Of a stretch of DNA of 38,064 nucleotides, positions 19,660-28,474 are shown in pieces. The stretch covers positions 1 through 38,064 of the forward strand of contig CAYSHM010000028.1 in NCBI GenBank assembly GCA_964430885.1, read 5' to 3'. A model generated the notes under the pieces. That model was not told the DNA's origin. It saw only the letters and a program-made list of their open reading frames with translations, and did not search any database. The stretch's first letter is position 1; the number at the start of each line of letters is the position of its first letter. The position numbers and the translations under genes are program-made. This DNA is from an uncultured archaeon. GTDB taxonomy: Archaea; Thermoplasmatota; Penumbrarchaeia; JASLWR01.

Positions 19660-21006
19660 TTACCTGATATCCAATCTCATCTGCCTGATGGAAGAATTGT
19701 CTATCCTTTCCAGTTTCACATCGAAAATATCCGAGGTTTCACCCACCTTCAGTTCCCCGTAGGTACCGTCATATCCCATGGGATCGAAGGCGAAATTACC
19801 CTTCTTTATCTCCAATATATTGTTCAGGAGTGCCTCGTCAATATTTCCATCCAGTAGAGAAATTATATCTGACGAGCGTTTGAACCACATGTCGCATTCA
19901 TTTCCCAGGTGCCGAACGGTCTCATCATAATACTTCATTACTTTCTTCGAAGCAGGATTTTTAACACCTAGAGTGTAGGCAATGACCTCCACCAGGGGCA
20001 CCATGTGAACAAATTCCGGAAAGCTTTTCGGCATATATCCCCATTCTCTCCCTCCGCCGTCCTGATTGGTCTTCAAGATCTGGCTCCTCTCCAGGACCCC
20101 AATTGTCAGGCCTTTATTGCAGATGGGACAAATTCCATCCTGGGGGGTATGCGCCGGAGAGTAGATGCACATATCATCGCCATGTCCCTGCCTATTGGCC
20201 CGGTGTCCCGATAGAAAATATCTTCCCTCTGTTGGATTGAATTCCGCAGTATGTGTTACTCCGCCTTTTCTGACTGCGTCTATAATTCCTTCAAAGCTCT
20301 TCTTTTTCACATTGATTATCGTGAACTCCCTGCCCATTCTGTGAAGGCTTGGTGAATGAGCATCGGAATTGGATAGAAGCGTGTAGTTGTCCAATTCTGG
20401 TATCTGGCCCAGTATTATCGGATCTGCGGAAAGCCCGGTCTCAACAGCATTGATAAGCTCGGTTCCTTCCCCGTAGAAATCCTCCATGCTGTTAACGGGA
20501 TTCTTGGACCCGTAGATACCATTGGGAGTCATTACATGGGCAGGAAAGGATTCGATAAAGGGATCGGTGTTCATGATATCATATAATTTGGAGGCCACAT
20601 CCTCCTTTCCGTGGCATTTGACGAAGGGGCGGCCTATTTTCAGCTTCACATTCCATCCTGTCATCTTCTCCCGTACCTTTCGTATACTGTCAAAGGAGGG
20701 GAAAAGGAAAACATGATGGACCATCTTCCGGCCTGAGCAAACGTTGCTGTCCAATGAAGATGTGAAAATTATTTCGGTCTGCAGCAGGTAATTGACAGAA
20801 CTGTTTTCCCTGTAGGAGAAAAGTCCGTCATACTCCTCGGTCAGGTTTTCTTCGAGATTCTCCATCCACTGTTTCTGGAGACAATCGCCAGTAGCTATGA
20901 CCTCAATACCTTTCTTAGGCATAGCGGATTCTATATCGTCCAGGGAAATATTTCCCACTCCACCGGCATAGCCTGAATGACAGTGAAGGTCGCATCTCAT
21001 TTTCAT
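19660..21006 (-). CDS. Endonuclease Q family protein (PHP domain plus zinc-binding domain)
   Basis: DLHCHS, ATGD, HHVFLFPS, GRP, PAHVMTP, ETGLSAD, SNSDAHS, GREF, CPIC...IGVLER, HMVPL and GYDGTYG. Confidence 0.9.
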   Translation of the reverse strand: MKMRCDLHCHSGYAGGVGNISLDDIESAMPKKGIEVIATGDCLQKQWMENLEENLTEEYDGLFSYRENSSVNYLLQTEIIFTSSLDSNVCSGRKMVHHVFLFPSFDSIRKVREKMTGWNVKLKIGRPFVKCHGKEDVASKLYDIMNTDPFIESFPAHVMTPNGIYGSKNPVNSMEDFYGEGTELINAVETGLSADPIILGQIPELDNYTLLSNSDAHSPSLHRMGREFTIINVKKKSFEGIIDAVRKGGVTHTAEFNPTEGRYFLSGHRANRQGHGDDMCIYSPAHTPQDGICPICNKGLTIGVLERSQILKTNQDGGGREWGYMPKSFPEFVHMVPLVEVIAYTLGVKNPASKKVMKYYDETVRHLGNECDMWFKRSSDIISLLDGNIDEALLNNILEIKKGNFAFDPMGYDGTYGELKVGETSDIFDVKLERIDNSSIRQMRLDIR

Positions 21007-21085
21007 AGGTCTTCTTTCCTGTTTCAGAGGTAAATATATTTGTAATTAATAGAATTTTTTCAATTCCAACAAAGGGTGATTCGGA

Positions 21086-21688
21086 TCATTTATTTGCATA
21101 TCCTAGCAGCCTTCGGCCTATGGTGGGATTTATACCTTCAATAGAGACCAGCTCCTTCAATGTAACTTTCCGGAGACAGGATATTCCTGCAATACCCCCT
21201 TTCTTGAGATTAACAGCATATCGGGGTTCCATCCCAAGGGCTTTTACAACCTTTTCAATGGGTTCGTCCTTCCTCTCATCTAAAATGAAAGTGAACATCT
21301 CATCATCATCGTTATGGCTATCAGCCCTTTCTTTTAGATTATTAGATATAAGACCAACCCTGTCATCTACCCCTTCCTCAATTAGTTTTTCCTCCTTAGC
21401 CTCTTCTTTCCCCGACCAGTTTTTAATCCTATCCAATATAATGTCCCAATGGGGTGTAATAATAAAGGCCAGACCTAGTAGGATTATCACAATCCCTACT
21501 AACATGATCATGAAAGCGTTTATTCCCTTATCCTGGGCTTCCTTTACCTCATTTCCCGTCAGGGCTTCACTTGATAATTCATTTGCCTCGGACTTTACAG
21601 TTATTCCCCATACCAGCACTACCAGACCTATCAAGACTATAACCGCTCCTATCTTGATATAATCCATCCTTAATTTGGACCAGTCCAT
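21086..21688 (-). CDS. Two-TM membrane protein with C-terminal helix-hairpin-helix domain
   Basis: Two hydrophobic segments; C-terminal LGMEPRYAVNLKKGGI...ELVSIEGINPTIGRRLL. ATG 21688 has AAGGTG upstream; the ORF track opens at 21703. Confidence 0.7.
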   Translation of the reverse strand: MDWSKLRMDYIKIGAVIVLIGLVVLVWGITVKSEANELSSEALTGNEVKEAQDKGINAFMIMLVGIVIILLGLAFIITPHWDIILDRIKNWSGKEEAKEEKLIEEGVDDRVGLISNNLKERADSHNDDDEMFTFILDERKDEPIEKVVKALGMEPRYAVNLKKGGIAGISCLRKVTLKELVSIEGINPTIGRRLLGYANK

Positions 21689-21830
21689 CCGAGCACCTTC
21701 CATTATTTTCTTTCTACATATTCAACAATATACTACTGCCTATAGACAATTTATCAACAAAGCAATACTATATTTTAGATTTGGCTCTTTAAGTAATTTA
21801 TTATGAATTCTGATGAAATAATAAGCAGGT

Positions 21831-23054
21831 TTATGCTGGAATCTCCTTCCTGTTGAAGAGCCAGTAAGCCGCCCCCGTAAAGAGTACTCCCAGTACAAGC
21901 GGAATCAAAAAGTCCTTGACAGGGATCGCTACTTCCCTCATGACATCGGTTCCGTGCCAGTAAGTGAAAAGACTGATATAAGAGGCCATATCAGCCAAAG
22001 CAGAATCCGACAGGTTCACTATTATCTGAATGACATACATCCCGAGGATAATGGCCATTATGCCCCATGTGCATTTTGACCCTTCATTCATTAGCACTGT
22101 CAAGAGAAGAGCAATGCCCATAAAGGCTACCGATAAGGGGATACAGGTAACAAATGCCATAATAAGCGGTTCCATCGGCAGGGTAACATCCACAGCAAGA
22201 GCACCGAGATACAGGCCCAGAAAACCGGATATCAGTACAACAGCCGTGTTTAATAAAAGAATGCCAATCTTCTCAGTAAGAAATCTATTCCTTGAATAAC
22301 CTGTGGCCATTAAAATATCAATGGACCTGTCCTCAACATGCGGTGCAACGCTTCCTCCTGCCTTGATTCCTAGATATATCACCATAAAGAGAGGCCACAT
22401 GCTGAAGAACTCTATAGAAACAAAGCCTTCTGGTGATGTGAAATCCAAATTATCCGTCCCTAAAAATCCTTCCATAAAAGCATTGTTCTGCAAGTAATCG
22501 TCAAAGGCAGTGGACACCACCAGTTCAGTGTTGGATACTACTGCAGATATATTCACGGGTGTATAATTACCTCCCCCTGCCAGATACACAACAAAGAAGT
22601 AGGTTGAATTGTCGGTTCTTGTAAACTGAACACGATTCAGAGTGCCGTGATAGAGTACATTTATCCTATATTCCTCCAGAAGGGAAGTATTTGAAACTGC
22701 ATTCTCAAATATCTCCGGAGTAAAGTTCATACTTGACAAGACAGATACCTTGCCTTTCATTATCAGATCATCAAAGATACCGTGGGTAACTGCCATTTCG
22801 GCACCGAGGGCAAGATGTTCTCCAGCTCCCACCTTGAGATCCCAGGTCAAGTTGAAGATCTTATTTTCTTTATCATCCACACCCGTTTCAATAAGGCTGA
22901 TGTCCTCACCCTCGGCCATTGGATCGTTAATAAGTTCTTCCACTGACGGGTAAACCGACATTATCATTATTCCCCATAGGAAGAGTACTCCGCCATAGAT
23001 AACTATGCTCTTCCATGAATCAGTAAGAGTGGCTTTGAAAAGTCCCAAACTCAT
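21831..23054 (-). CDS. ABC-2 type permease with enlarged extracellular domain
   Basis: 1+5 TM layout; EDRSIDILMATGYSRNRFLTEK; ending FNRKEI; 4-nt overlap with the ATPase gene. Confidence 0.88.
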   Translation of the reverse strand: MSLGLFKATLTDSWKSIVIYGGVLFLWGIMIMSVYPSVEELINDPMAEGEDISLIETGVDDKENKIFNLTWDLKVGAGEHLALGAEMAVTHGIFDDLIMKGKVSVLSSMNFTPEIFENAVSNTSLLEEYRINVLYHGTLNRVQFTRTDNSTYFFVVYLAGGGNYTPVNISAVVSNTELVVSTAFDDYLQNNAFMEGFLGTDNLDFTSPEGFVSIEFFSMWPLFMVIYLGIKAGGSVAPHVEDRSIDILMATGYSRNRFLTEKIGILLLNTAVVLISGFLGLYLGALAVDVTLPMEPLIMAFVTCIPLSVAFMGIALLLTVLMNEGSKCTWGIMAIILGMYVIQIIVNLSDSALADMASYISLFTYWHGTDVMREVAIPVKDFLIPLVLGVLFTGAAYWLFNRKEIPA

Positions 23055-24010
23055 GAAACCACCTTCCCTTCTTCATTCATTCCGTTGATCTTCCTCACCT
23101 CTTCGAGCCCATAGAAATGAAGGAATATATGTTCAAGTGAAGCTTCCCTGTAATCCAGTTCTTCGATATTAAAACCTGCCAGAACCCTGATCACCTCGCC
23201 TATGTTGCGGGATACCGTCATCTCCAGGGTGTTTTCCAAACCCTCCAAGGAATGGATCTCGGAAACACCCTTGATCTTCTCAAATAAGTCGCCGTCAACT
23301 TCATTCTTGAATCTCACGGTCATTACTTTTCCGGTCTTCTTCTTGAAAGTGCTCATTCTCTCTGTTACAACCATCTCCCCTTCCCGAATTATTCCTACCC
23401 TGTCGCAGATCGCTTCAACTTCAGTTAGTATATGGGATGAAAGGAAGACCGTTCGTCCTATCTTTTTATCTCCTAGAACCAGCTTGTAGAATTCCTGCTG
23501 CATAAGGGGGTCCAGTCCGCTAGTGGGTTCGTCAAGGATGACAAGGTCAGGATTATGCATAAAGGCAGAGATGAGGCCTACCTTCTGCCTATTTCCCCTG
23601 GAAAAATCCTTTATCCTGCGGTCAAGGTCAAGCTGGAATATATTGGCAAGTTCTTCTATCCTGTTCTCGGGGCGGTAGCCCATCATATCCAAAAGGGTTA
23701 GTAGATATTTCCGTGCTGACAAGGTTTTGTAGGTACCGAAATCCGAGGGTAGATAACCAACTGACCGTCGTACCTTGGCGCCGTATTTCTGAGGGTCCAT
23801 CCCCTTTACTGTAATTGATCCAGACGTGGGTCTGATATAATCCAAGACAGTTCTGATGGTGGTTGATTTCCCTGCCCCATTGGGCCCGAGAAAACCGAAT
23901 ATTTCCCCCTTTCTTACCTGAATATCAACCTTCTCGACACCCCTTGAAATACCGTAGTATTTTTTCAGATTTTCGATGCTCAATACGATTTCATTATTCT
24001 TATCAGACAT
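23051..24010 (-). CDS. ABC transporter ATP-binding protein
   Basis: Walker A GPNGAGKST, signature FSRGNRQK, Walker B ILDEPTSGLD and SSH switch. Confidence 0.96.
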   Translation of the reverse strand: MSDKNNEIVLSIENLKKYYGISRGVEKVDIQVRKGEIFGFLGPNGAGKSTTIRTVLDYIRPTSGSITVKGMDPQKYGAKVRRSVGYLPSDFGTYKTLSARKYLLTLLDMMGYRPENRIEELANIFQLDLDRRIKDFSRGNRQKVGLISAFMHNPDLVILDEPTSGLDPLMQQEFYKLVLGDKKIGRTVFLSSHILTEVEAICDRVGIIREGEMVVTERMSTFKKKTGKVMTVRFKNEVDGDLFEKIKGVSEIHSLEGLENTLEMTVSRNIGEVIRVLAGFNIEELDYREASLEHIFLHFYGLEEVRKINGMNEEGKVVS

Positions 24011-24288
24011 GGAAATGCCCCTTTGACATTAATAGCGGTTATTATAGCCCGGCTCCCTGAGGAACAGTGTATGAGAAAAAGATATAATTGTGAAAATAAA
24101 GGAGCTGATAATATAAAAATCAAAAAGCCCCGATTGAAATTTTTGGATATTTATTTTGGTTTAAATATTATGATTATCACTTCTTCATAATGGTTTTCAA
24201 AATCTGATCTGATCCTTCATTGTTGTATGAGTTGACTAAAAGATTGTCCTAGAAATAATTTATATGAATAGGATTACTCTATTAAGCA

Positions 24289-24513
24289 ATGATACATGAG
24301 GAATTCAAACCTGGGAAAGGCACCATAGGTACCAAAGATATAATTGACAGGAACAGGGTAACTATTCTGCTCATTATTATTATTGTTTCGCTTTTTCTAG
24401 TAATCATGCTGATATGTCTCTATTACTCCATAAAAGGTGAAAGTTCTACTCCAGCCGAGACCGCAATTACTGGGTACGACTATTTCTTGATGATAATATC
24501 ATTCATCTTATGA
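24289..24513 (+). CDS. Putative small membrane protein
   Basis: 74 aa with one strong TM and a hydrophobic C-terminus. TTTATATG at 24259-24266 is spaced for a leaderless transcript. Confidence 0.45.
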   Translation: MIHEEFKPGKGTIGTKDIIDRNRVTILLIIIIVSLFLVIMLICLYYSIKGESSTPAETAITGYDYFLMIISFIL

Positions 24514-24728
24514 TTTGAACGGGTGGAAGTTGACAGAAAATCACCGCATATTTTCATTCAGGGATTTGAAATTCGCTATAGGTCAATTGCCCCTAACCAG
24601 ATTCACAAAAGATATAATTTTTTTATAGTTCCTTGAATTTGGGAAAGTTATAAAATACATTAATGCAATCCATAATCGTTTTACCATTTTAATGGACTGT
24701 CAGGAAGTAGAACTTAGGAGGGGCGCAA

Positions 24729-27695
24729 ATGGCCAAGGATTCCAGCGATAAGAAGAAGAATATTAAGAATAAGATCAAGATCATAATTGATGAACTGGAT
24801 AAGAAATGCGGCAAGATCGGCGAACTAGGTGGTGATACTGCTAAAGCCGATGATATTATCCTGAAAGCCCGTGAAAGCCTTGAGAAGGACCAGCTTCCAA
24901 AGGCAAAATCTCTGGCTCTGAAGACTAAGGCTATACTAGTTGAAATAAAGAAAGACCTGCTTAAGAAACGCAAGGCCAGGAAGAAGCCTCCAAAGCCCCC
25001 TGCAAAGAAGAAAGAACCTGCTCGTGAAGAAAAAGAACCCTTAAAAGATACCGATTCAGAGACCGGTGAAGAGGATGTTGAAGAAGGGAAGGAAATTGTG
25101 GAAACCGATGAAAAAGCAGCTGAAGAGGTAAAGGGGGAAGAAGATGCCAAAGATGAATTCATGGAAAAAGCTCAGGAACTTCTTATCAAGACCCAGGGCC
25201 TTTTGGATGAACTGCAGGGAAAGATCGATCTTGATACTGAAACTGAACTGTTCAACAATGGAATCGGCATTTTCCGGGAAGGGAAACACAAGGAAGCATT
25301 TGAACTGTACACTGGACTTCTCGAAAACCTGCATACTAAAAGGGAAGAACTGTCACAGGCTCAAGCAAAGGCAAAGGAGCTGATAATTGCATTGCAGAAA
25401 GAGCTTTCGGTTCTTGAGGACCGGGGAGTGGATATAGGCGAAACATGGGATATCTACCAGGGATTGGTCGAAAACTACACTCAAGGCAATTATATGGCAG
25501 TTCCAGAGCTTGCAGAACAGATATCCCAGCAGGTGGATCTCTGGAAGAATTATGATGATTCTCTGGTAAAACTTCTCAATCTAAGACTGATACTGTCAGA
25601 ACTGAAATCCAAAGGCGGGGATATTGGAGAATTATACGAGAGATTTTCCAAAATTCAGGACCAACTCCATAAACAGGATTATGCCAGTGCTCAGGAATCC
25701 TCCGCTTCAATAGCAGAAGATACCCGGATACAGATCAGGGAACTAATGAAAAAACCCGCGATGGAACTTCTCAAGGAAGCAGAGGACATCCTGCAACTGG
25801 CAGAAGAAAGCGGGGAGAATACGTCCGAGTACTCAGAAGCCATTGAAAAGTCCAATAACAAGACCGAAGCCGGAGAATACGAAGCTAGTATAACCATATC
25901 AAAGGATATTCTAAACAAACTGCAGCCTATCTATTTAAAGAAATTGGCCACGGAACTCCAAGAACTCATGGAGGAGGCAGACCGCAGAGAACTTGATGTA
26001 GAAGAGCATAAGGCCAGATTCATTCAATGCCAAGGGCTAATGGAGGAAGCCCGGTTATCAGAGGCAGTGGAGATCCTTCTGGAGAGCAATAAAAAAATTC
26101 GTTACACCATTGAGTATGATAAATGTATTGTAGATATCAGGGACATCAGGGATCAACTCCAGGGCCTTGCACAGGCAGGATTTGATATAGAATCGGCCCA
26201 GAAGGAACTAATGCCTGCAAAAGATGAGATGGAAAATGGCAATTTCACAGAGGTTCATGAAATAATATCCAGGGTTAGGGAGAACATCAGACGCATCAAT
26301 TCGAGCGGAGATCTGAAGGTTCTGCTTGACGGCATCTGGAAAGATATTAATCAATTAAGGGATGTTGGCATGGAGGTATCTGAGTACAACGATGCGCTCT
26401 ATGATATCGAGCAGAAGATATTCCACGGAGGAAGCAGGGAGGATGAGAGCGAAGATTTCCAGGCACAGGTGGAAAATGCCCGCTCCACTCTAGAGACTAT
26501 GAAGGGGGAAGTGGACAGATTGATCGAGGCATATCCCGCTTCCATCGAACTGATCCAGACCTCCCAGTACAACATCAGCAAGATGGAGGAATACGGCGGT
26601 CATAAGGAGGAATTATCAGATAGATTTGAAAAGCTCACTGAAGCATTCTCGGGCCGGCACCTTGAAGAAGCTGTAAGCATCGGAAAGGAATTGGTGGGCC
26701 TCTCGGAGAGATTATTAAAGAATTACATCCACGCTGTAATGAACATGGATGAATTGAAGGACCTGTGCAGAAAGATAGAAGGGTACGGGGGAGATCCCGC
26801 TGAGATAATATCCATGCAGGAGGAAGCAGCCGAGATCCTTGGAGATGGTGATTACGATGAAGCGCTTGAGAAAACAGAGGATGCTATCAATAATGCCAAG
26901 GAGCTCAAGAAGGATCTTCAGCTGGTCATAGGGAAGAAACAGGTGCTGTGGTCCAAGATGGCTCTTGCCCGTAAATTAGGCATCAATACCAAGGATAAAG
27001 AGGAAAAATACCAGGGACTGGATGATATTCTTGAAACCCTCGGACCCCGAAGAACGCTGGATACCATCGCAGAGATCATGGAGGAGCTTGAGAACCTCAC
27101 TGGACATTACAAGACATCTGCTGAATATATCCAGGAAGCTCAGGAGAATATATTTTCCCTCAAGGAGAAGGGTTTATTAATGAAAGACCATCAGGAGAAG
27201 TTCCGATCTCTGATACCTCTGTTGGACGAAAATGATTACAAGGGAGCAACTGAACTTGCCAAGGAGATTGTAAGGGAGACCAAACTCATTAAACAGAAAC
27301 ATTCCCTTCTGCTGAGGTCCATCAATACTGCACAGGCGAAGATCGCCAAGGCCAAGCGGAAAGGAACTGACATCAGTTCCGTCCTTGACGATTTCAAAGA
27401 GGCGGGAAAGCTTATGGACATAGGTGAACTCAAGGATGCCCAGGATCTGATAGATGATGTAATCAAAGAGGTTGAGAACAATACGACCCTTCACGAGGAA
27501 GCGGCCCAGTTGCTCAGGATGACATGGGAAAGATTGTCAGAGGTAAAGGCCCTTGGAATTGAGTCCAGGGACATTGAGGAAAAGGTAGAGAAGACAAAGA
27601 ACTTCATCAGAGATGGAGATTACCAGAACTCCATAGATATCTCAAAAGAGCTTGGGGAGGATATTGTAGTTATTATTGGTAACAGGGATCAATAA
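24729..27695 (+). CDS. 988-aa acidic helical-repeat protein
   Basis: About 14 repeats of roughly 60-65 aa (G-x-D...G-[DN]-Y-x-x-A pattern); Lys/Pro and Glu-rich linker after repeat 1; RBS GGAGG. Confidence 0.85.
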   Translation: MAKDSSDKKKNIKNKIKIIIDELDKKCGKIGELGGDTAKADDIILKARESLEKDQLPKAKSLALKTKAILVEIKKDLLKKRKARKKPPKPPAKKKEPAREEKEPLKDTDSETGEEDVEEGKEIVETDEKAAEEVKGEEDAKDEFMEKAQELLIKTQGLLDELQGKIDLDTETELFNNGIGIFREGKHKEAFELYTGLLENLHTKREELSQAQAKAKELIIALQKELSVLEDRGVDIGETWDIYQGLVENYTQGNYMAVPELAEQISQQVDLWKNYDDSLVKLLNLRLILSELKSKGGDIGELYERFSKIQDQLHKQDYASAQESSASIAEDTRIQIRELMKKPAMELLKEAEDILQLAEESGENTSEYSEAIEKSNNKTEAGEYEASITISKDILNKLQPIYLKKLATELQELMEEADRRELDVEEHKARFIQCQGLMEEARLSEAVEILLESNKKIRYTIEYDKCIVDIRDIRDQLQGLAQAGFDIESAQKELMPAKDEMENGNFTEVHEIISRVRENIRRINSSGDLKVLLDGIWKDINQLRDVGMEVSEYNDALYDIEQKIFHGGSREDESEDFQAQVENARSTLETMKGEVDRLIEAYPASIELIQTSQYNISKMEEYGGHKEELSDRFEKLTEAFSGRHLEEAVSIGKELVGLSERLLKNYIHAVMNMDELKDLCRKIEGYGGDPAEIISMQEEAAEILGDGDYDEALEKTEDAINNAKELKKDLQLVIGKKQVLWSKMALARKLGINTKDKEEKYQGLDDILETLGPRRTLDTIAEIMEELENLTGHYKTSAEYIQEAQENIFSLKEKGLLMKDHQEKFRSLIPLLDENDYKGATELAKEIVRETKLIKQKHSLLLRSINTAQAKIAKAKRKGTDISSVLDDFKEAGKLMDIGELKDAQDLIDDVIKEVENNTTLHEEAAQLLRMTWERLSEVKALGIESRDIEEKVEKTKNFIRDGDYQNSIDISKELGEDIVVIIGNRDQ

Positions 27696-27712
27696 ATCGG
27701 AAGTGAAAGTGA

Positions 27713-28282
27713 TTGCCCCAAGAGGTAGGACAAAAACCTGATAGGAAGGGTGAGAATCCCTATAGGGTGAGTATAAGAAAACCCTCCTGGATATTGAGTA
27801 TAATAATTTTCATTTTTGCCGGTCTTTCTATCACTGCAGGTGCGCTTGGTTATCTCTATTTTGATAGCATCATCAAACCCAATAGTTCCCTGTTTTTCTG
27901 CAGTATTCCGGCTGGTATTGCAGCGGCCCTTCTAATAACCCTGGGAATATTCCTTCAAAAGCTGAGATGGAGGAGCATAGGTCCCGTAGAAGCTCTTCCC
28001 AAAGGTCTGTCCAGGGAAAACAGCAATCAGATTAACCCCATCAATATGACTGCAGAAGAGAGAGAAGATCTGAAGATCAAGCTCTCGGCCAAAATTAAGG
28101 AACTGCTTGGATTCTTGGATAATATCAAGGAACAGCATGACGAAGAACTTTTATCAGACAATACCTATTCAGCACTCGCACGGGACAATATGTTCAGGCT
28201 GCGGATATTTGAAGGCGCTCTCCAAAAATTGGAATCCATCGAGAGAAATAATGGAGCAAAATCATCTGAAAAAAATAAGTAA
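27713..28282 (+). CDS. Two-TM membrane protein with C-terminal coiled-coil/SHOCT-like domain
   Basis: Two TM segments, then IKELLGFLDNIKEQHDEELLSDNTYSAL; TTG start 17 nt after the previous stop. Confidence 0.7.
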   Translation: MPQEVGQKPDRKGENPYRVSIRKPSWILSIIIFIFAGLSITAGALGYLYFDSIIKPNSSLFFCSIPAGIAAALLITLGIFLQKLRWRSIGPVEALPKGLSRENSNQINPINMTAEEREDLKIKLSAKIKELLGFLDNIKEQHDEELLSDNTYSALARDNMFRLRIFEGALQKLESIERNNGAKSSEKNK

Positions 28283-28390
28283 TATATGAACAATAGCCAA
28301 TCCAAAATCAGGTAATAATGTAAACAGGCAGAAAAAGTACTTTGACCTGTTGATACTACTGCAGATTGGAGGGTTTTGTACTATTTTCTT

Positions 28391-28421
28391 TGCATAAATC
28401 TTTCATGCATTACTATAAAAG
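28391..28421 (+). promoter_or_regulatory. Candidate promoter of the TPR-DUF4139 operon
   Basis: TATAAAAG at 28414-28421, preceded by TGCAT-N9-ATGCA (28391-28409); RBS AGGAGGA at 28464-28470. Confidence 0.4.
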
Positions 28422-28474
28422 GGAGCTGTGAAGTGTAAGTTAGCAGCTATCCGCTACCAAGATAGGAGGAGATT

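Noticed and set aside
4002-21006. A unified damage-repair island (Nnr, TldDE, MazG-like, Sir2, EndoQ)
   Set aside because: The genes are on mixed strands and interspersed with unrelated genes, with no shared motif seen.
24729-27695. SMC/Rad50 ATPase
   Set aside because: No Walker A/B, signature or hinge/hook motif. The sequence is short helical repeats.
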